Source of the DNA: a virus
Taxonomy: Duplodnaviria; Caudoviricetes
Strand: one strand, 5' to 3'
Length of the DNA: 33,220 nt
Virus record (IMG/VR): IMGVR_UViG_3300032330_001786
Span: 1-33,220 of that record
Shown: in pieces, positions 15,517 to 25,578 of the stretch
Layout: each line of letters opens with the position of its first letter
How positions within the stretch are numbered: the stretch's first letter is position 1
The notes under the pieces: model-generated
Seen by the model: the letters and a program-made list of their open reading frames with translations, nothing else
Database searches by the model: none
What the model was told of the DNA's origin: nothing
Position numbers and translations under genes: made by a program

Positions 15517-15790
15517 AATACAAACTAAGCAAGGGCACCCTATACCTAATAGCACTATGCAGGTAGGGCCTTTTCCACCAGAACTATATCGCTCTTACCC
15601 TGTAGTAGAAAACTACGAGCAAATTAGCGGCAATGGTGGTCCAGAGATCCCAGAGGGTGGTACGGCTCAAAATGGGTTTAGACCTTTAAAGTGGTTTAAA
15701 TGCCGCCTGTGCGAAGGGTACGTAAACGAAAGGGAGCTTTCAGAACACGTCTGCCCGGACGAAACTAGTCAATATGACGAAGGATACTAA
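15500..15790 (+). CDS. hypothetical protein with C-terminal zinc finger
   Basis: FKCRLC...LSEHVC. Confidence 0.7.
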   Translation: MSRITRIQTKQGHPIPNSTMQVGPFPPELYRSYPVVENYEQISGNGGPEIPEGGTAQNGFRPLKWFKCRLCEGYVNERELSEHVCPDETSQYDEGY

Positions 15791-15963
15791 TGAAAGAATC
15801 AGACGATCCTCTAGAGCACTTTACAAGTGAGTGCGGTACTTTTGTGCACGAAACCACTTGGACCGCTCAAATGACTGGAAAGCATTTTTTAAAGCATGAG
15901 CATGTTGAGACGGAAAATCACGATTTAGATAGAGTAGACTTTACGTTAACCGATAGTTTTTAG
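15790..15963 (+). CDS. small hypothetical protein (57 aa, absent from the ORF track)
   Basis: TAATG overlap and AAGGA RBS; MKESDDPLEHFTSECGTFVHETTW...LTDSF fills the gap. Confidence 0.6.
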   Translation: MKESDDPLEHFTSECGTFVHETTWTAQMTGKHFLKHEHVETENHDLDRVDFTLTDSF

Positions 15964-15971
15964 GAGAAAGC

Positions 15972-16940
15972 GTGCCTAGTCAAGACTTGCCTCCAGTAGG
16001 TGGAGCAAACTTTGTTTTTCGTGTTCCTCCTCCCGGAGTTCCTAGACAGCCCACCCATAAAAACGTTACACATAAAAATTTCAATACACAAAAGCAAACA
16101 GAGGCTAGGTTTCAATATGGCGGACTTGAAACTGAATTAGAGGCATTTGATGCTGGGTTAAACGTAACGTTTCCCACTATTGATACTTCTGGGAACCGTA
16201 CTGCAAATGAATTAACCTCGTTTGAAGTAGCTGAAAGGGCAGAGCGCGATGCTTTTGGGCCAATGCGGCCTAGAGGCAAGTACGATTTAACAGAGCCTAT
16301 TGGTAGGCAGTATAATAACAATTCTTCTGTTCCTATTGATTTTCAAGGTAATAGGCGTGGTGGTATGTATGCTTCTGGAGATCCTGTTGACACGGGTTAC
16401 GCCAGTTTTACTGGGGATTTAGACCTAGTTGAAGATCCAACAACTTCTACAAACGTAAATCGCCCTAGAACTTTAGCTGCTGCTTATTCTCCTGAAGAAG
16501 AAAAACTTACGGTTATTTTTAGAGATAATACTTATTACAATTACTATGAGGTTACAGAAGAAGATTGGGCAGATTTTAAAAAGGAATACTCTAAAGGTAA
16601 GTTTATTCTTGAAAGACTAAACGGTAAACCAAGAGGTGCTGCTAGCATGGGAGAAGCGACCTCTAAGCTCTTAGGGCATGTGCACACTAGTACAAGACTT
16701 CGTCAAGTTCAGAAGCTTACCAAGGGCCATGCGCATGGAGGCAAATACCGTCCTGCTCAGTCTTTGGATATTCCTAAGATTCGTAAGATCAGCCAGTCGC
16801 CTGGCTATAGACCTAGAAAACTTGTTAAACCTAGAGGTATGCATGTTGTAAAAGGACCTAGTCGTCCTGTAGCACCTACCTCCAATTCAGTAAACGCACA
16901 AAGAAGAAGGAATATTATGAGGGCTATAAATGGCAAGTGA
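15972..16940 (+). CDS. KTSC-domain-containing protein
   Basis: RTLAAAYSPEEEKLTVIFRDNTYYNYYEVTEEDWADFKKEYSKGKFI matches the KTSC pattern; GTG start with AGGAG RBS. Confidence 0.75.
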   Translation: MPSQDLPPVGGANFVFRVPPPGVPRQPTHKNVTHKNFNTQKQTEARFQYGGLETELEAFDAGLNVTFPTIDTSGNRTANELTSFEVAERAERDAFGPMRPRGKYDLTEPIGRQYNNNSSVPIDFQGNRRGGMYASGDPVDTGYASFTGDLDLVEDPTTSTNVNRPRTLAAAYSPEEEKLTVIFRDNTYYNYYEVTEEDWADFKKEYSKGKFILERLNGKPRGAASMGEATSKLLGHVHTSTRLRQVQKLTKGHAHGGKYRPAQSLDIPKIRKISQSPGYRPRKLVKPRGMHVVKGPSRPVAPTSNSVNAQRRRNIMRAINGK

Positions 16941-17238
16941 ACCTAAAGAGTTTCGCAATTATTATTGGCACATTTTAACTTATGGGGTTAAGCCAAAGAT
17001 TTTTGTAGAAAAAGCTGAAACACAAGAAATTGATGGTGAATACAGATTTGGATCTGGTTGGGCTATCAGGATGCCTTTTACTAGAAAAGCTATTGTTATC
17101 GGTAGATGGGTTGATAGCTTTGGAGAAAGCGAAGCTTTAACTTACGCCATTAGAGGTAGATCTATGACGTCTGATGAGGTAGATTGGAATCGTATTAGAT
17201 TTGGGGCGGAAGATGTTGAAACGGAACAAACACACTAA
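16930..17238 (+). CDS. hypothetical protein
   Basis: 102 aa, overlaps both neighbours. Confidence 0.7.
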   Translation: MASEPKEFRNYYWHILTYGVKPKIFVEKAETQEIDGEYRFGSGWAIRMPFTRKAIVIGRWVDSFGESEALTYAIRGRSMTSDEVDWNRIRFGAEDVETEQTH

Positions 17239-17452
17239 AGAAGAGCAAGAAAAGACAAAACTTGAGCAAAGAGTGTCTAAGATGGCTACCCAAGACCTAA
17301 CTCAATGGGTAGACCAAGCACTATACAGCATTGGTAAGAACCTTACACAGTGGTCTAGAACTCAAGATAATGCTTTTCTACAAGAAAGTCACCTGGGCGC
17401 AGAAGCTCTTTTGGCTGTAGTAAACGAACTAAGTAGAAGGCATAATGACTAA
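17213..17452 (+). CDS. hypothetical helical protein immediately upstream of TerL
   Basis: ATG at 17213 (MLKRNK); overlaps the TerL start. Confidence 0.65.
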   Translation: MLKRNKHTKEEQEKTKLEQRVSKMATQDLTQWVDQALYSIGKNLTQWSRTQDNAFLQESHLGAEALLAVVNELSRRHND

Positions 17453-19022
17453 CTCAGAAGAAGAATTTGACTCTTTATACGCTCCAGGTGCAGAAGAGCT
17501 ATATGAAGAGGCTGAAGAAACTGGTGTAGAGCTTGATGAGCTTTCCAAAGAGTTTGTTCAACAGCTTATTGATAAAATCATGCTTTTTATGGGCGCTCTT
17601 ATTGGGTACGACCTACATTCATATCAAGAGCCTTTAGCAAGAAGAATTATTGAATCTCTCATTATTAATGATGGTGAGCAGATTACAGCACTTGCAGCTC
17701 GTCAGTCCGGCAAGTCAGAAACTATTGCTAATACAGTGGCTAGCCTTATGGTTATCCTACCCAGACTAGCTAAAATCTACCCTGATCTGCTAGGAAAGTT
17801 TAGCGATGGTTTGTGGGTTGGTTTGTTTGCCCCAATTCAGTCCCAGGCAGAAACGTTGTTTAGCCGCCTAGTTAGCCGCCTAACTAGTGAAAGAGCTTTG
17901 GAGATCCTAAACGACGTTGAGATTGATGACCAGTTAGGTAAAAATCCTGGAGTAACCCGAAACATCAAGCTTAAGAACAGTGGCTCTATTGCCATGATGA
18001 TGACAGCTAACCCAAGAGCTAAGATTGAATCTAAGTCGTTCCACTTAATGATTATTGACGAGTGTCAAGAAGCAGATGACTTTGTAGTTGCTAAGTCAAT
18101 CTCTCCTATGGGTGCGTACTACAACGCCACTATGGTTAAGACTGGTACTCCAACTACTTCCAAAAATAATTTTTACAAAGCAATTCAGTTAAATAAGAGA
18201 CGCCAAACTGGTCGTGCGTCAAAGAAAAACCATTTTCAATGGGACTGGAAAGATGTAGCAAGAATCAACCCTGATTACGAAAAGTTCATCAAAAAAGAAA
18301 TGCTTCGTATTGGTGAAGATGCCGATGAGTTCCAAATGTCTTACAACTGTAAGTGGTTGCTAGAGCGAGGTATGTTCATTACTTCTAATGTAATGGATGA
18401 AATTGGCGATACTAGCATGCAGTTAGTTAAGTCACATCATACTTCCCCAGTAATTGTTGGAGTAGACCCAGCCCGTAAGATGGACAGCACAGTGGTCACA
18501 GTGGTCTGGGTTGACTGGGATCGTCCTGATGAGCTTGGTCATTATGACCATAGAATCTTAAATTGGCTCGAGATTCAAGGTGACGACTGGGAAGAACAGT
18601 ATTTCCAAATTAAAAACTTTTTGGGAGCATACGACGTGCTAGCTATTGGCGTAGATGCTAATGGTGTTGGCGACGCAGTAGCACAAAGATTAAAGCTGCT
18701 ACTACCTCGCGCTCAAATTGTCCCACTAAGCAGTAGCCCCTCTGAGCAAACTGGTAGATTTAAGCATTTGCAGACACTTATTCAAAGAAACAAACTGTCA
18801 TGGCCTGCCCACGCTAAGACAAGAAATTTGCGTATTTGGAAGCGTTTCTACCAGCAAATGATTGACGCTGAAGTGCACTACAAGGGCCCTAACTTTACGG
18901 TATCTGCTCCAGATGAAGCGCATGCCCATGATGACTTTGTCGACTCACTAGCTATTGCATGCGCAATTACTAAAGAATTGGTTATGCCTACAGTACAAGT
19001 TAGTGCTAATCCGTTTTTTTAA
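17445..19022 (+). CDS. terL: terminase large subunit
   Basis: Walker A AARQSGKS, Walker B LMIIDE, coupling motif TGT, RNase H-like VGVDPA...DST, and HDDFVDS. Confidence 0.93.
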   Translation: MTNSEEEFDSLYAPGAEELYEEAEETGVELDELSKEFVQQLIDKIMLFMGALIGYDLHSYQEPLARRIIESLIINDGEQITALAARQSGKSETIANTVASLMVILPRLAKIYPDLLGKFSDGLWVGLFAPIQSQAETLFSRLVSRLTSERALEILNDVEIDDQLGKNPGVTRNIKLKNSGSIAMMMTANPRAKIESKSFHLMIIDECQEADDFVVAKSISPMGAYYNATMVKTGTPTTSKNNFYKAIQLNKRRQTGRASKKNHFQWDWKDVARINPDYEKFIKKEMLRIGEDADEFQMSYNCKWLLERGMFITSNVMDEIGDTSMQLVKSHHTSPVIVGVDPARKMDSTVVTVVWVDWDRPDELGHYDHRILNWLEIQGDDWEEQYFQIKNFLGAYDVLAIGVDANGVGDAVAQRLKLLLPRAQIVPLSSSPSEQTGRFKHLQTLIQRNKLSWPAHAKTRNLRIWKRFYQQMIDAEVHYKGPNFTVSAPDEAHAHDDFVDSLAIACAITKELVMPTVQVSANPFF

Positions 19023-19104
19023 AAGTTAGAGTTTAGGGCGACATTTAACCAAAATAGTAGGAAACTTTTAATGAGGATCCTCAATCCAATTAGGAGAAAT
19101 AAAT

Positions 19105-19509
19105 ATGGCATCGACCATCGGCCCGGCACCTCAGTTCCCTGAGCGTACACCGGTTTCATATGAAAGAAAAATGTCTGACTCTGTTCCAGGTCAGCGTGGA
19201 CCACTTCGTTTTGAAGAAGGTCTTGCAACTGATACTGATATTCCAAATGAATTTCAGAATGGCGCGTCACAGGGGTACATCACTCCTCCAGGTCGCCCAA
19301 ACCACAACCAGAATGTCTTTGAGAAGCCTGCAGAAGAGACCATGGCTGAGCGTGCTCACGTTGGTTCTGCTGCATGGGTAGAGTCACCTAACTTCTTGGA
19401 TAGCTTCTCTCAGGGTGCATTTTCGGATGAAGCTGAAGTTCGTTTTGAAGAGGAGTTCCGTTCAGGCGGTCACTACTCACGAATGAACCCATCCACAGTT
19501 ATTGACTAA
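19105..19509 (+). CDS. hypothetical protein between TerL and portal
   Basis: AGGAGA RBS, 134 aa, structural-gene-like codon usage. Confidence 0.8.
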   Translation: MASTIGPAPQFPERTPVSYERKMSDSVPGQRGPLRFEEGLATDTDIPNEFQNGASQGYITPPGRPNHNQNVFEKPAEETMAERAHVGSAAWVESPNFLDSFSQGAFSDEAEVRFEEEFRSGGHYSRMNPSTVID

Positions 19510-19523
19510 TCTGTACACTGTTA

Positions 19524-19554
19524 CCCGGCTCTATACCTCTTCTTTAGAGCCGGG
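19524..19554 (+). terminator. hairpin after 19105..19509
   Basis: CCCGGCTCTA/TAGAGCCGGG 10-bp stem; no U tract. Confidence 0.55.
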
Positions 19555-19575
19555 CAATAGTTACATGGAGATACT

Positions 19576-19827
19576 ATGACTTTCCCGCAAAACGAACAAA
19601 TGTATGACCGCATTTCTGAACGAATTCGTGCGGGTCATGGTGGAAAAATGAGTAGAAATGCGGGCAGAGAGATTGCAGCAGAGTATGCTAGAGAAGGCGG
19701 CCAAATGGTTGCTTCTAAGCAGGATGCAAACCCTAAACTTTTAGATAAGAAAAAAGAAGAAGAAGATAAAAAAAAGAGCAGAATTGCTGCTAAAAAAAGA
19801 AAGAAAAAGCAAAGCGGTTTGCTTTAG
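19576..19827 (+). CDS. small Lys-rich hypothetical protein
   Basis: GGAG RBS; C-terminal poly-K. Confidence 0.7.
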   Translation: MTFPQNEQMYDRISERIRAGHGGKMSRNAGREIAAEYAREGGQMVASKQDANPKLLDKKKEEEDKKKSRIAAKKRKKKQSGLL

Positions 19828-19864
19828 AGGGCATTATGGTAATTAATATAGAAGGACGTGAGGC

Positions 19865-21559
19865 ATGAGCATTGACTTTTCGCCACCGTCCTATAGGGCC
19901 GCTTCATCCGACCTTACTATCTCCATTTCCCCATTGGGACTTGTCGAGCTGGCGGATGAAGAGTTTGAAGTCCATGGACCAAGACTAAACAGGTACTCCC
20001 TAAACTGGGCCATGTACCTAGGCCATCACTGGAGTTACAGACGTGAGATCGGTGAATCTCAAATGGTCTACAACTACTTTAGAGCTTTTACCGATTACCT
20101 TGTAAACTTTACGTTTGGACGTGGCGTACAGTTCCGTAGCCCTAAAGAAACTGAAGCTATTGTTCCCGATCTACTTAAAAGAGTTTGGGAAGTCGATAAC
20201 AATAAACATGGTGTTCTATGGGAGATGGGACAACAGGGCGGTGTATCAGGTGACTGCTTTGTTAAGGTTGCTTACGAAGAGGGTTGGGTAGACAGTACTG
20301 GAAGACCTCACCCAGGCAAGGTAAGAATCCTTCCACTAAACTCATCTTTTTGTTTTCCTGAGTTCCACCCCCATGACCGTAACAGACTTATTCGTTTCAA
20401 GCTGAAGTACCGCTTCTGGGGCACATCTGTAGAAGGCACTCGCCAGGTCTACACATACACTGAAATTCTTACAGACGACATGATTGAGGAATATATTAAT
20501 GACGAGCTTATTGATTCTCGGCCTAATCCTCTTGGTCTTATTCCTGTAGTACATATTCCTAATGTTTTGATCTCAGGTTCCCCATGGGGGCTTTCAGATT
20601 GCCACGACATTATTGTTCTTAACAGAAACTACAATGAGGTCTCAACAGACGTTGCAGACATTATTAACTACCATGCTGCTCCAGTTACTATTGTTACCGG
20701 CGCTAAGATTGCTGACCTTGAAAAGGGAGCTAAAAAGGTTTGGGGCGGTCTTCCTAAGGACGCTCAGGTTTACAACTTAGAAGGCGGTAATGCGGGTCTT
20801 CAGGGTGCAATTGAATACCTAAAACTTGTCAAGGTATCTATGCACGAAATGGTTGGTATTCCTGAGTCTGCTCTTGGTCAGGTACAGGCCGTGTCTAACA
20901 CCTCTGGTGTAGCCCTTTCTATTCAATACCAGCCATTGATGAACCGCTTCCAGCAAAAAGTTGTTATGTACAGCAAGGGATTAGAGCAAATTAATAGCCT
21001 TATTCTTCGTACTCTTGCTTTTAAAGAACCGGAAACTTTCCAGTGGAACCCAGACTTTAACGGTCCAATCAAGCAGGGTCAGTATCCAATCCTCGATCCT
21101 AATGATCCACTGACTTACCAGACTTTTGCATTCTTCCCACCACCACTACCTCTTGACAAGCTAATTGTTCTTAATGAGATTCAGACCAAGATGAGCATGG
21201 GTCTTGAGAGCAAGGAAGGCGCTCTACGTGCATTGGGCGAAGAGTTCCCGAACGAGAAGCTTGAAGAGATTCGCACAGAGCTTATTGCGGATGCTAAGTC
21301 TGACGGCGCACTTAACATGCTTAAGAGTCAGATTAACTCTGCGATTATGTCGCTGACAGGTATTATGCCTGACGGTAGTGGTGAAGCTATGCCAGGACCT
21401 GATGGTCAGCCTATGGGTGGCGGCGCTCAAATGAACCCACAAGCTTTGATGTTTGAGCAGCAGACTATGGCTCAACTTCAGAATGATCTAGTTACCAAGG
21501 CGTACGGTACAAAGATACCGCAGCGTAGAGGCCCAAATGCGGACTCAGATGGCAACTAA
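19865..21559 (+). CDS. portal protein (SPP1 gp6-like)
   Basis: 564 aa between TerL and scaffold/capsid; G...GD.FVK, NPLG.IPVVHIPN.....WG.SD and SGVAL..QY.PL portal-type patterns. Confidence 0.85.
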   Translation: MSIDFSPPSYRAASSDLTISISPLGLVELADEEFEVHGPRLNRYSLNWAMYLGHHWSYRREIGESQMVYNYFRAFTDYLVNFTFGRGVQFRSPKETEAIVPDLLKRVWEVDNNKHGVLWEMGQQGGVSGDCFVKVAYEEGWVDSTGRPHPGKVRILPLNSSFCFPEFHPHDRNRLIRFKLKYRFWGTSVEGTRQVYTYTEILTDDMIEEYINDELIDSRPNPLGLIPVVHIPNVLISGSPWGLSDCHDIIVLNRNYNEVSTDVADIINYHAAPVTIVTGAKIADLEKGAKKVWGGLPKDAQVYNLEGGNAGLQGAIEYLKLVKVSMHEMVGIPESALGQVQAVSNTSGVALSIQYQPLMNRFQQKVVMYSKGLEQINSLILRTLAFKEPETFQWNPDFNGPIKQGQYPILDPNDPLTYQTFAFFPPPLPLDKLIVLNEIQTKMSMGLESKEGALRALGEEFPNEKLEEIRTELIADAKSDGALNMLKSQINSAIMSLTGIMPDGSGEAMPGPDGQPMGGGAQMNPQALMFEQQTMAQLQNDLVTKAYGTKIPQRRGPNADSDGN

Positions 21560-21678
21560 AACAAGGTTTAGCCTGACATTTGTTTTAACAAGTGTTGGAC
21601 TATATACATAAAATAATCCGCGGTCTATCGTGCTACTAAATTGGAAAACGACCTAACTACACAAAGGAATAAATTACT

Positions 21679-22437
21679 ATGGAGCAAGACGTTCAAGTAT
21701 CAGAGCAGTTTTTTGAAGCTACGCAGGAAAATGTAGCTCAAGATTTTGCTGTACTGCAAGAAGGCGAGCCTGTAGCCAGGGCATACTCTGAGGAAGACCT
21801 CAAGAAGGTGCGCGAACAGGAAAAGTCAAAGCTATACCCTCAGATCGAATCATTAAAGGAAGAACTAAGCTTCTTGAAGCAGGAGCGCGAGTCTCGTAAA
21901 GAAGAAGAGGCACGCTTGCGGGCAGAAGCTGAATCAGAGGCTAAGCGCCGTGCTGAAGATGAAATGGATGTTCGAGAGCTACTTTCTGCTAAAGAGCAGG
22001 AATGGCAGAGTCGTCTAGAAAATGAACGCCGCGAACGGGAACGAGCAATTGCTCTCCTAGAAGCTGAGCGTTACTACAGCGAACTTAGTTCTTACCGTAA
22101 TAGTCGTCTTGAGGAAGAGCGAGACAATATTATTCCTGAGCTACTTGATTTAATTTCTGGCGAGACCGCTGAAGAAATTGAAGAGAGTATTGCAGGACTT
22201 AAGGAACGTTCATCACGTATCCTAGACTCAGCGCAGCAGGCAATGTCGTCTGCTCGTAAAGAAATGACAGGGAGCCGAATTACGGTTCCTGCGTCGGGAC
22301 CCCTAGATAATAATTCGGACCAGAAATCGTTTACGGCAGAGCAAATCGCCGCCATGTCGGTTACTGAGTACGCCAAAAACCGTGGGAAGCTTCTTGGTCA
22401 AGCGGCTTCTGACCGTGGCCAGGGTTTCTTCGGGTAG
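21679..22437 (+). CDS. capsid scaffolding protein
   Basis: E/R/K coiled coil directly upstream of the MCP; C-terminal helix IAAMSVTEYAKNRGKLL. Confidence 0.8.
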   Translation: MEQDVQVSEQFFEATQENVAQDFAVLQEGEPVARAYSEEDLKKVREQEKSKLYPQIESLKEELSFLKQERESRKEEEARLRAEAESEAKRRAEDEMDVRELLSAKEQEWQSRLENERRERERAIALLEAERYYSELSSYRNSRLEEERDNIIPELLDLISGETAEEIEESIAGLKERSSRILDSAQQAMSSARKEMTGSRITVPASGPLDNNSDQKSFTAEQIAAMSVTEYAKNRGKLLGQAASDRGQGFFG

Positions 22438-22481
22438 AAATACCTTTAATCTACTAATTTACTACTTAAGGAGTAATACAC

Positions 22482-23570
22482 ATGGCAGCGTCCATTACCG
22501 GTACCGGCAATCTCGCCGGATCACCAACGGCGTATTCTGGTGCAAATTCCCAGCTTACGCAATCAATCCAGACAATCTGGTCTAAGGAAATCCTTTTCCA
22601 GTCCATGCCAATTCTGCGTTTCGAGCAGTTTGCGGTTAAGAAGACTGAACTAGGCGTTGCCCCAGGTCTCCAGATTAACTTCATGCGTTACAACAACCTC
22701 GGCAGTGCATCAGCACTTGTTGAAGGTGTGCGTATGTCAAGCAATGCACTTACCGCACAGCAGTTCTCAATCACGGTTGCTGAGCACGGCTACTCAATCG
22801 CAGTATCTGAGCTTCTGCTCAATGCTTCCTTTGATGACGTTATGGCTTCTGCCTCACGTCTTCTTGGTCGTAACATGGCTCTCTACCTTGATGGCCAGGC
22901 TCGCGATACCCTTATGGCAGCTTCTTCCGTAATCTACGGTGAAGATCGCACCAACATGACTGCTATTGCTAACAACCCTGGTTACTTCAACCAGTACGGT
23001 CAGGGTACTGTCGCGTCTTCACGTCAGGGTCTTACCGGCAATTCATTCCTTACTCCTAACACGATCAAGGATGCTGTCGAAACACTCGCAACCAAGAATA
23101 TCCCAAGACTGGGCGAAACCTACGTTGCGTTCGTTCATCCACACCAGAGCCGCAAGCTCCGCGACAATCCTGAGTTCATCGAAGTAACGAAGTACGCTGC
23201 CCCAGGTAACTTCATGCTTGGTGAAATCGGCCGTCTTTACGACACCGTATTCATCGAAACAACTCAGGTTACTAAGGTTCCTAACGGTGCTGGTGCAGGC
23301 TGGAATGCAGATTCTGCTGTAAACAACGTTGTTTACCCAACCGGTGGTGGCTACACCTCTCCAGTTACCAAGACTGGTAACGGTTCTGCAGATCGCTACT
23401 CAGCTATCTTCATTGGTGACAATGCCTTTGGTCACGCTATCTCATTGCCAGTTGAACTGCGCGATGGTGGTATCCTTGACTTCGGCCGTGAGCATGCACT
23501 TGCATGGTACTCAATCTACGGTCTAGGCCTGATCACCGATCAGTCTGTAGTTATCGCAGAAACCAACTAA
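22482..23570 (+). CDS. major capsid protein (HK97 fold, N4 gp56-like family)
   Basis: 362 aa, strong codon bias, AAGGAG RBS; YVAFVHPHQ..KL, GEIG...VFIET and DFGREH.LAWY patterns. Confidence 0.9.
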   Translation: MAASITGTGNLAGSPTAYSGANSQLTQSIQTIWSKEILFQSMPILRFEQFAVKKTELGVAPGLQINFMRYNNLGSASALVEGVRMSSNALTAQQFSITVAEHGYSIAVSELLLNASFDDVMASASRLLGRNMALYLDGQARDTLMAASSVIYGEDRTNMTAIANNPGYFNQYGQGTVASSRQGLTGNSFLTPNTIKDAVETLATKNIPRLGETYVAFVHPHQSRKLRDNPEFIEVTKYAAPGNFMLGEIGRLYDTVFIETTQVTKVPNGAGAGWNADSAVNNVVYPTGGGYTSPVTKTGNGSADRYSAIFIGDNAFGHAISLPVELRDGGILDFGREHALAWYSIYGLGLITDQSVVIAETN

Positions 23571-23583
23571 GTAATACCCCTTT

Positions 23584-23620
23584 TGATAGGGGGAGTGCGT
23601 TTGAAGGCCTCCCCCTATCA
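23584..23620 (+). terminator. terminator after the MCP
   Basis: TGATAGGGGGAG/CTCCCCCTATCA 12-bp stem. Confidence 0.75.
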
Positions 23621-23663
23621 TTATTAAAACAATAAACACCGAGATACTAATCAGGAGAATATA

Positions 23664-24032
23664 ATGGCTACAAAGGCTAAAGTAACAGACGTCACAGGAC
23701 GTCAGCGCGAAGCGCTAGTAAAGGAACAGGCCGCACAGCAGGTCCGTGCCGCAGAAGAACTGACAATGGCGTCAGCAGTTGAGACAGCTCGTCTAGAGAC
23801 TGAGATTGTCGATGTGTCAACACCAAGCGCCCCAACCGTCATTGACGAAGTTGAAGATTTGGGTGTAGATCTCGCAGATGATACTACCGTTATTCGAGTC
23901 GCAGAAGACTTGGACATGGTTACCATCGGAGCATCTAATCACTACAATTTTAAAGCTGGGCAAAAGTACAAGGTCCCAACACATGTGGCCCTACACCTTC
24001 AGGAAAAGGGTTACCTGTACGACCGCCTCTAA
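23664..24032 (+). CDS. hypothetical head-associated protein
   Basis: AGGAG RBS, position after MCP; C-terminal FKAGQKYKVP.HVA.HL.EKGY. Confidence 0.75.
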   Translation: MATKAKVTDVTGRQREALVKEQAAQQVRAAEELTMASAVETARLETEIVDVSTPSAPTVIDEVEDLGVDLADDTTVIRVAEDLDMVTIGASNHYNFKAGQKYKVPTHVALHLQEKGYLYDRL

Positions 24033-24048
24033 CCGGCTTTGTTAGACC

Positions 24049-24090
24049 GCCCGCACCTATGACCGCCCTCCCATAGGTGCGGGCCTTTTT
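24049..24090 (+). terminator. intrinsic terminator
   Basis: GCCCGCACCTATG/CATAGGTGCGGGC stem plus CTTTTT. Confidence 0.85.
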
Positions 24091-24153
24091 ATACAGATAA
24101 AAGAATACATTAGATACATAATGTATATAAAGATTTATTTTAAGGATGCGTAA

Positions 24154-25578
24154 GTGGCAAATCTCACTACCCTATCTAATAGTCTACGTAGCGAATTGGG
24201 CGATACAGCTAGCAGCTTTTTGCAGAATATCCTGTCAGATGGCACGACTACTAAGTTTCATCTTGATTACTACCCGGTATCGGGCTCTAGCCTTATAGTT
24301 AAAGCTGGGTTGTCGGATATCTCTAGTATTGTAACTATTGAAGAAGCTACTGGCATTCTTACTCTTCCTGCGGCTCAAGCAACTGGCACAATTATTAGTG
24401 TTTCAGGAATGCATTATCGCTATTTTACAGATGCTGAAATTCAAAATTACGTAAATATTGCTTTCCTACAGCACTCTAATAGAGCGGTTAACGCTTATGG
24501 TTCAAAGATTACTTTAGCTAATCTTCCTGCGGTTGAAGAATACCCCGTAATAATCCTAGCGTCAACGCTGGCATTGTTTACGTTGGCAACTGATGCTTCT
24601 TATGACATTGATATTCAGGCTCCTGACGGCGTTTCTATCCCTCGTAGTGAGCGTTATCGTCAGCTTATGAGCATGATTGACTCTCGTAAAGAACAATACA
24701 GAGAGCTTTGCAATCTTCTTAATATTGGCCTTCATCGTGTTGAGGTTGCCACTTTGCGCAGAATCTCTACGCGCACAAACCGTTACGTACCTATCTACCG
24801 CCCACAAGAACTGGACGATGGCGGCTATCCAAAGCGTGTGCATATCCCAATCCCTACGTACATGGATCAGACTACGAGCAGCGTGCAAACTTACGATATC
24901 AATCTATACCGTGGCGACTCGTTCACAGTCGATATCGACTTCCCATTTGCCCTCACAGACTACAGCTTGCTGTCTCAGATCCGCTCTTACTCAGGCGCAA
25001 TGCTAGTTCTTGCTACGTTTAATATTGATATTACGGATTATGCTAATGGCAAAGCTACTTTGTCCCTAACTAGCGATCAGACAGCTGATCTACCTAGCCG
25101 TGGTTTGTGGGATATCCAGATGACTAAGAAGGCTGTAAGAACTCTAAATATTGATGCTGCAACTGCTGTAAAGCCTGGTTATAAGGGCACTGTCGCTAAG
25201 TCTGGGTACGTCACTTACACTACTGCTTCTGCCCATGGATTTACTACAGGCTCACAAGTTACTATTACAAATATAGGCACTCTAGACAGTAATGGCGCTA
25301 AAACTACTAGCAATGGGTACAACGGCACATTTACTATTACTGTGTTTGATACTTACAGCTTCTACGTAGAAAACTCTACTACTACTGATCCTGCAGACAC
25401 TGACGGCTGGAATATTACCGATCCAGATACAGGTGTTACGCTTTCTACTATTCCAGCTGCCACTGCTTACTACGTTGATCCAACCTATGAAAAGACTTAC
25501 CTAAAGGGTGCGGTTATCATTGAAGAGCAAATTACTAACGAAAACCACGATCCATATGCTCCAGGATGGCAAGGATGA
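24154..25578 (+). CDS. head-tail adaptor-like protein fused to an Ig/BppU-like domain with an inserted beta-module
   Basis: LRSELGD...YFTDAEI neck pattern; INLYRGDSF...GKATLSLTSDQT..L....WDIQMT...TYLKG domain interrupted by the YTTASAHGFTTG module. Confidence 0.65.
   Translation: MANLTTLSNSLRSELGDTASSFLQNILSDGTTTKFHLDYYPVSGSSLIVKAGLSDISSIVTIEEATGILTLPAAQATGTIISVSGMHYRYFTDAEIQNYVNIAFLQHSNRAVNAYGSKITLANLPAVEEYPVIILASTLALFTLATDASYDIDIQAPDGVSIPRSERYRQLMSMIDSRKEQYRELCNLLNIGLHRVEVATLRRISTRTNRYVPIYRPQELDDGGYPKRVHIPIPTYMDQTTSSVQTYDINLYRGDSFTVDIDFPFALTDYSLLSQIRSYSGAMLVLATFNIDITDYANGKATLSLTSDQTADLPSRGLWDIQMTKKAVRTLNIDAATAVKPGYKGTVAKSGYVTYTTASAHGFTTGSQVTITNIGTLDSNGAKTTSNGYNGTFTITVFDTYSFYVENSTTTDPADTDGWNITDPDTGVTLSTIPAATAYYVDPTYEKTYLKGAVIIEEQITNENHDPYAPGWQG

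Noticed and set aside
19010-19025. Programmed frameshift at the T run ending terL
   Set aside because: The run simply encodes FF-stop; the next gene has its own RBS 80 nt downstream.
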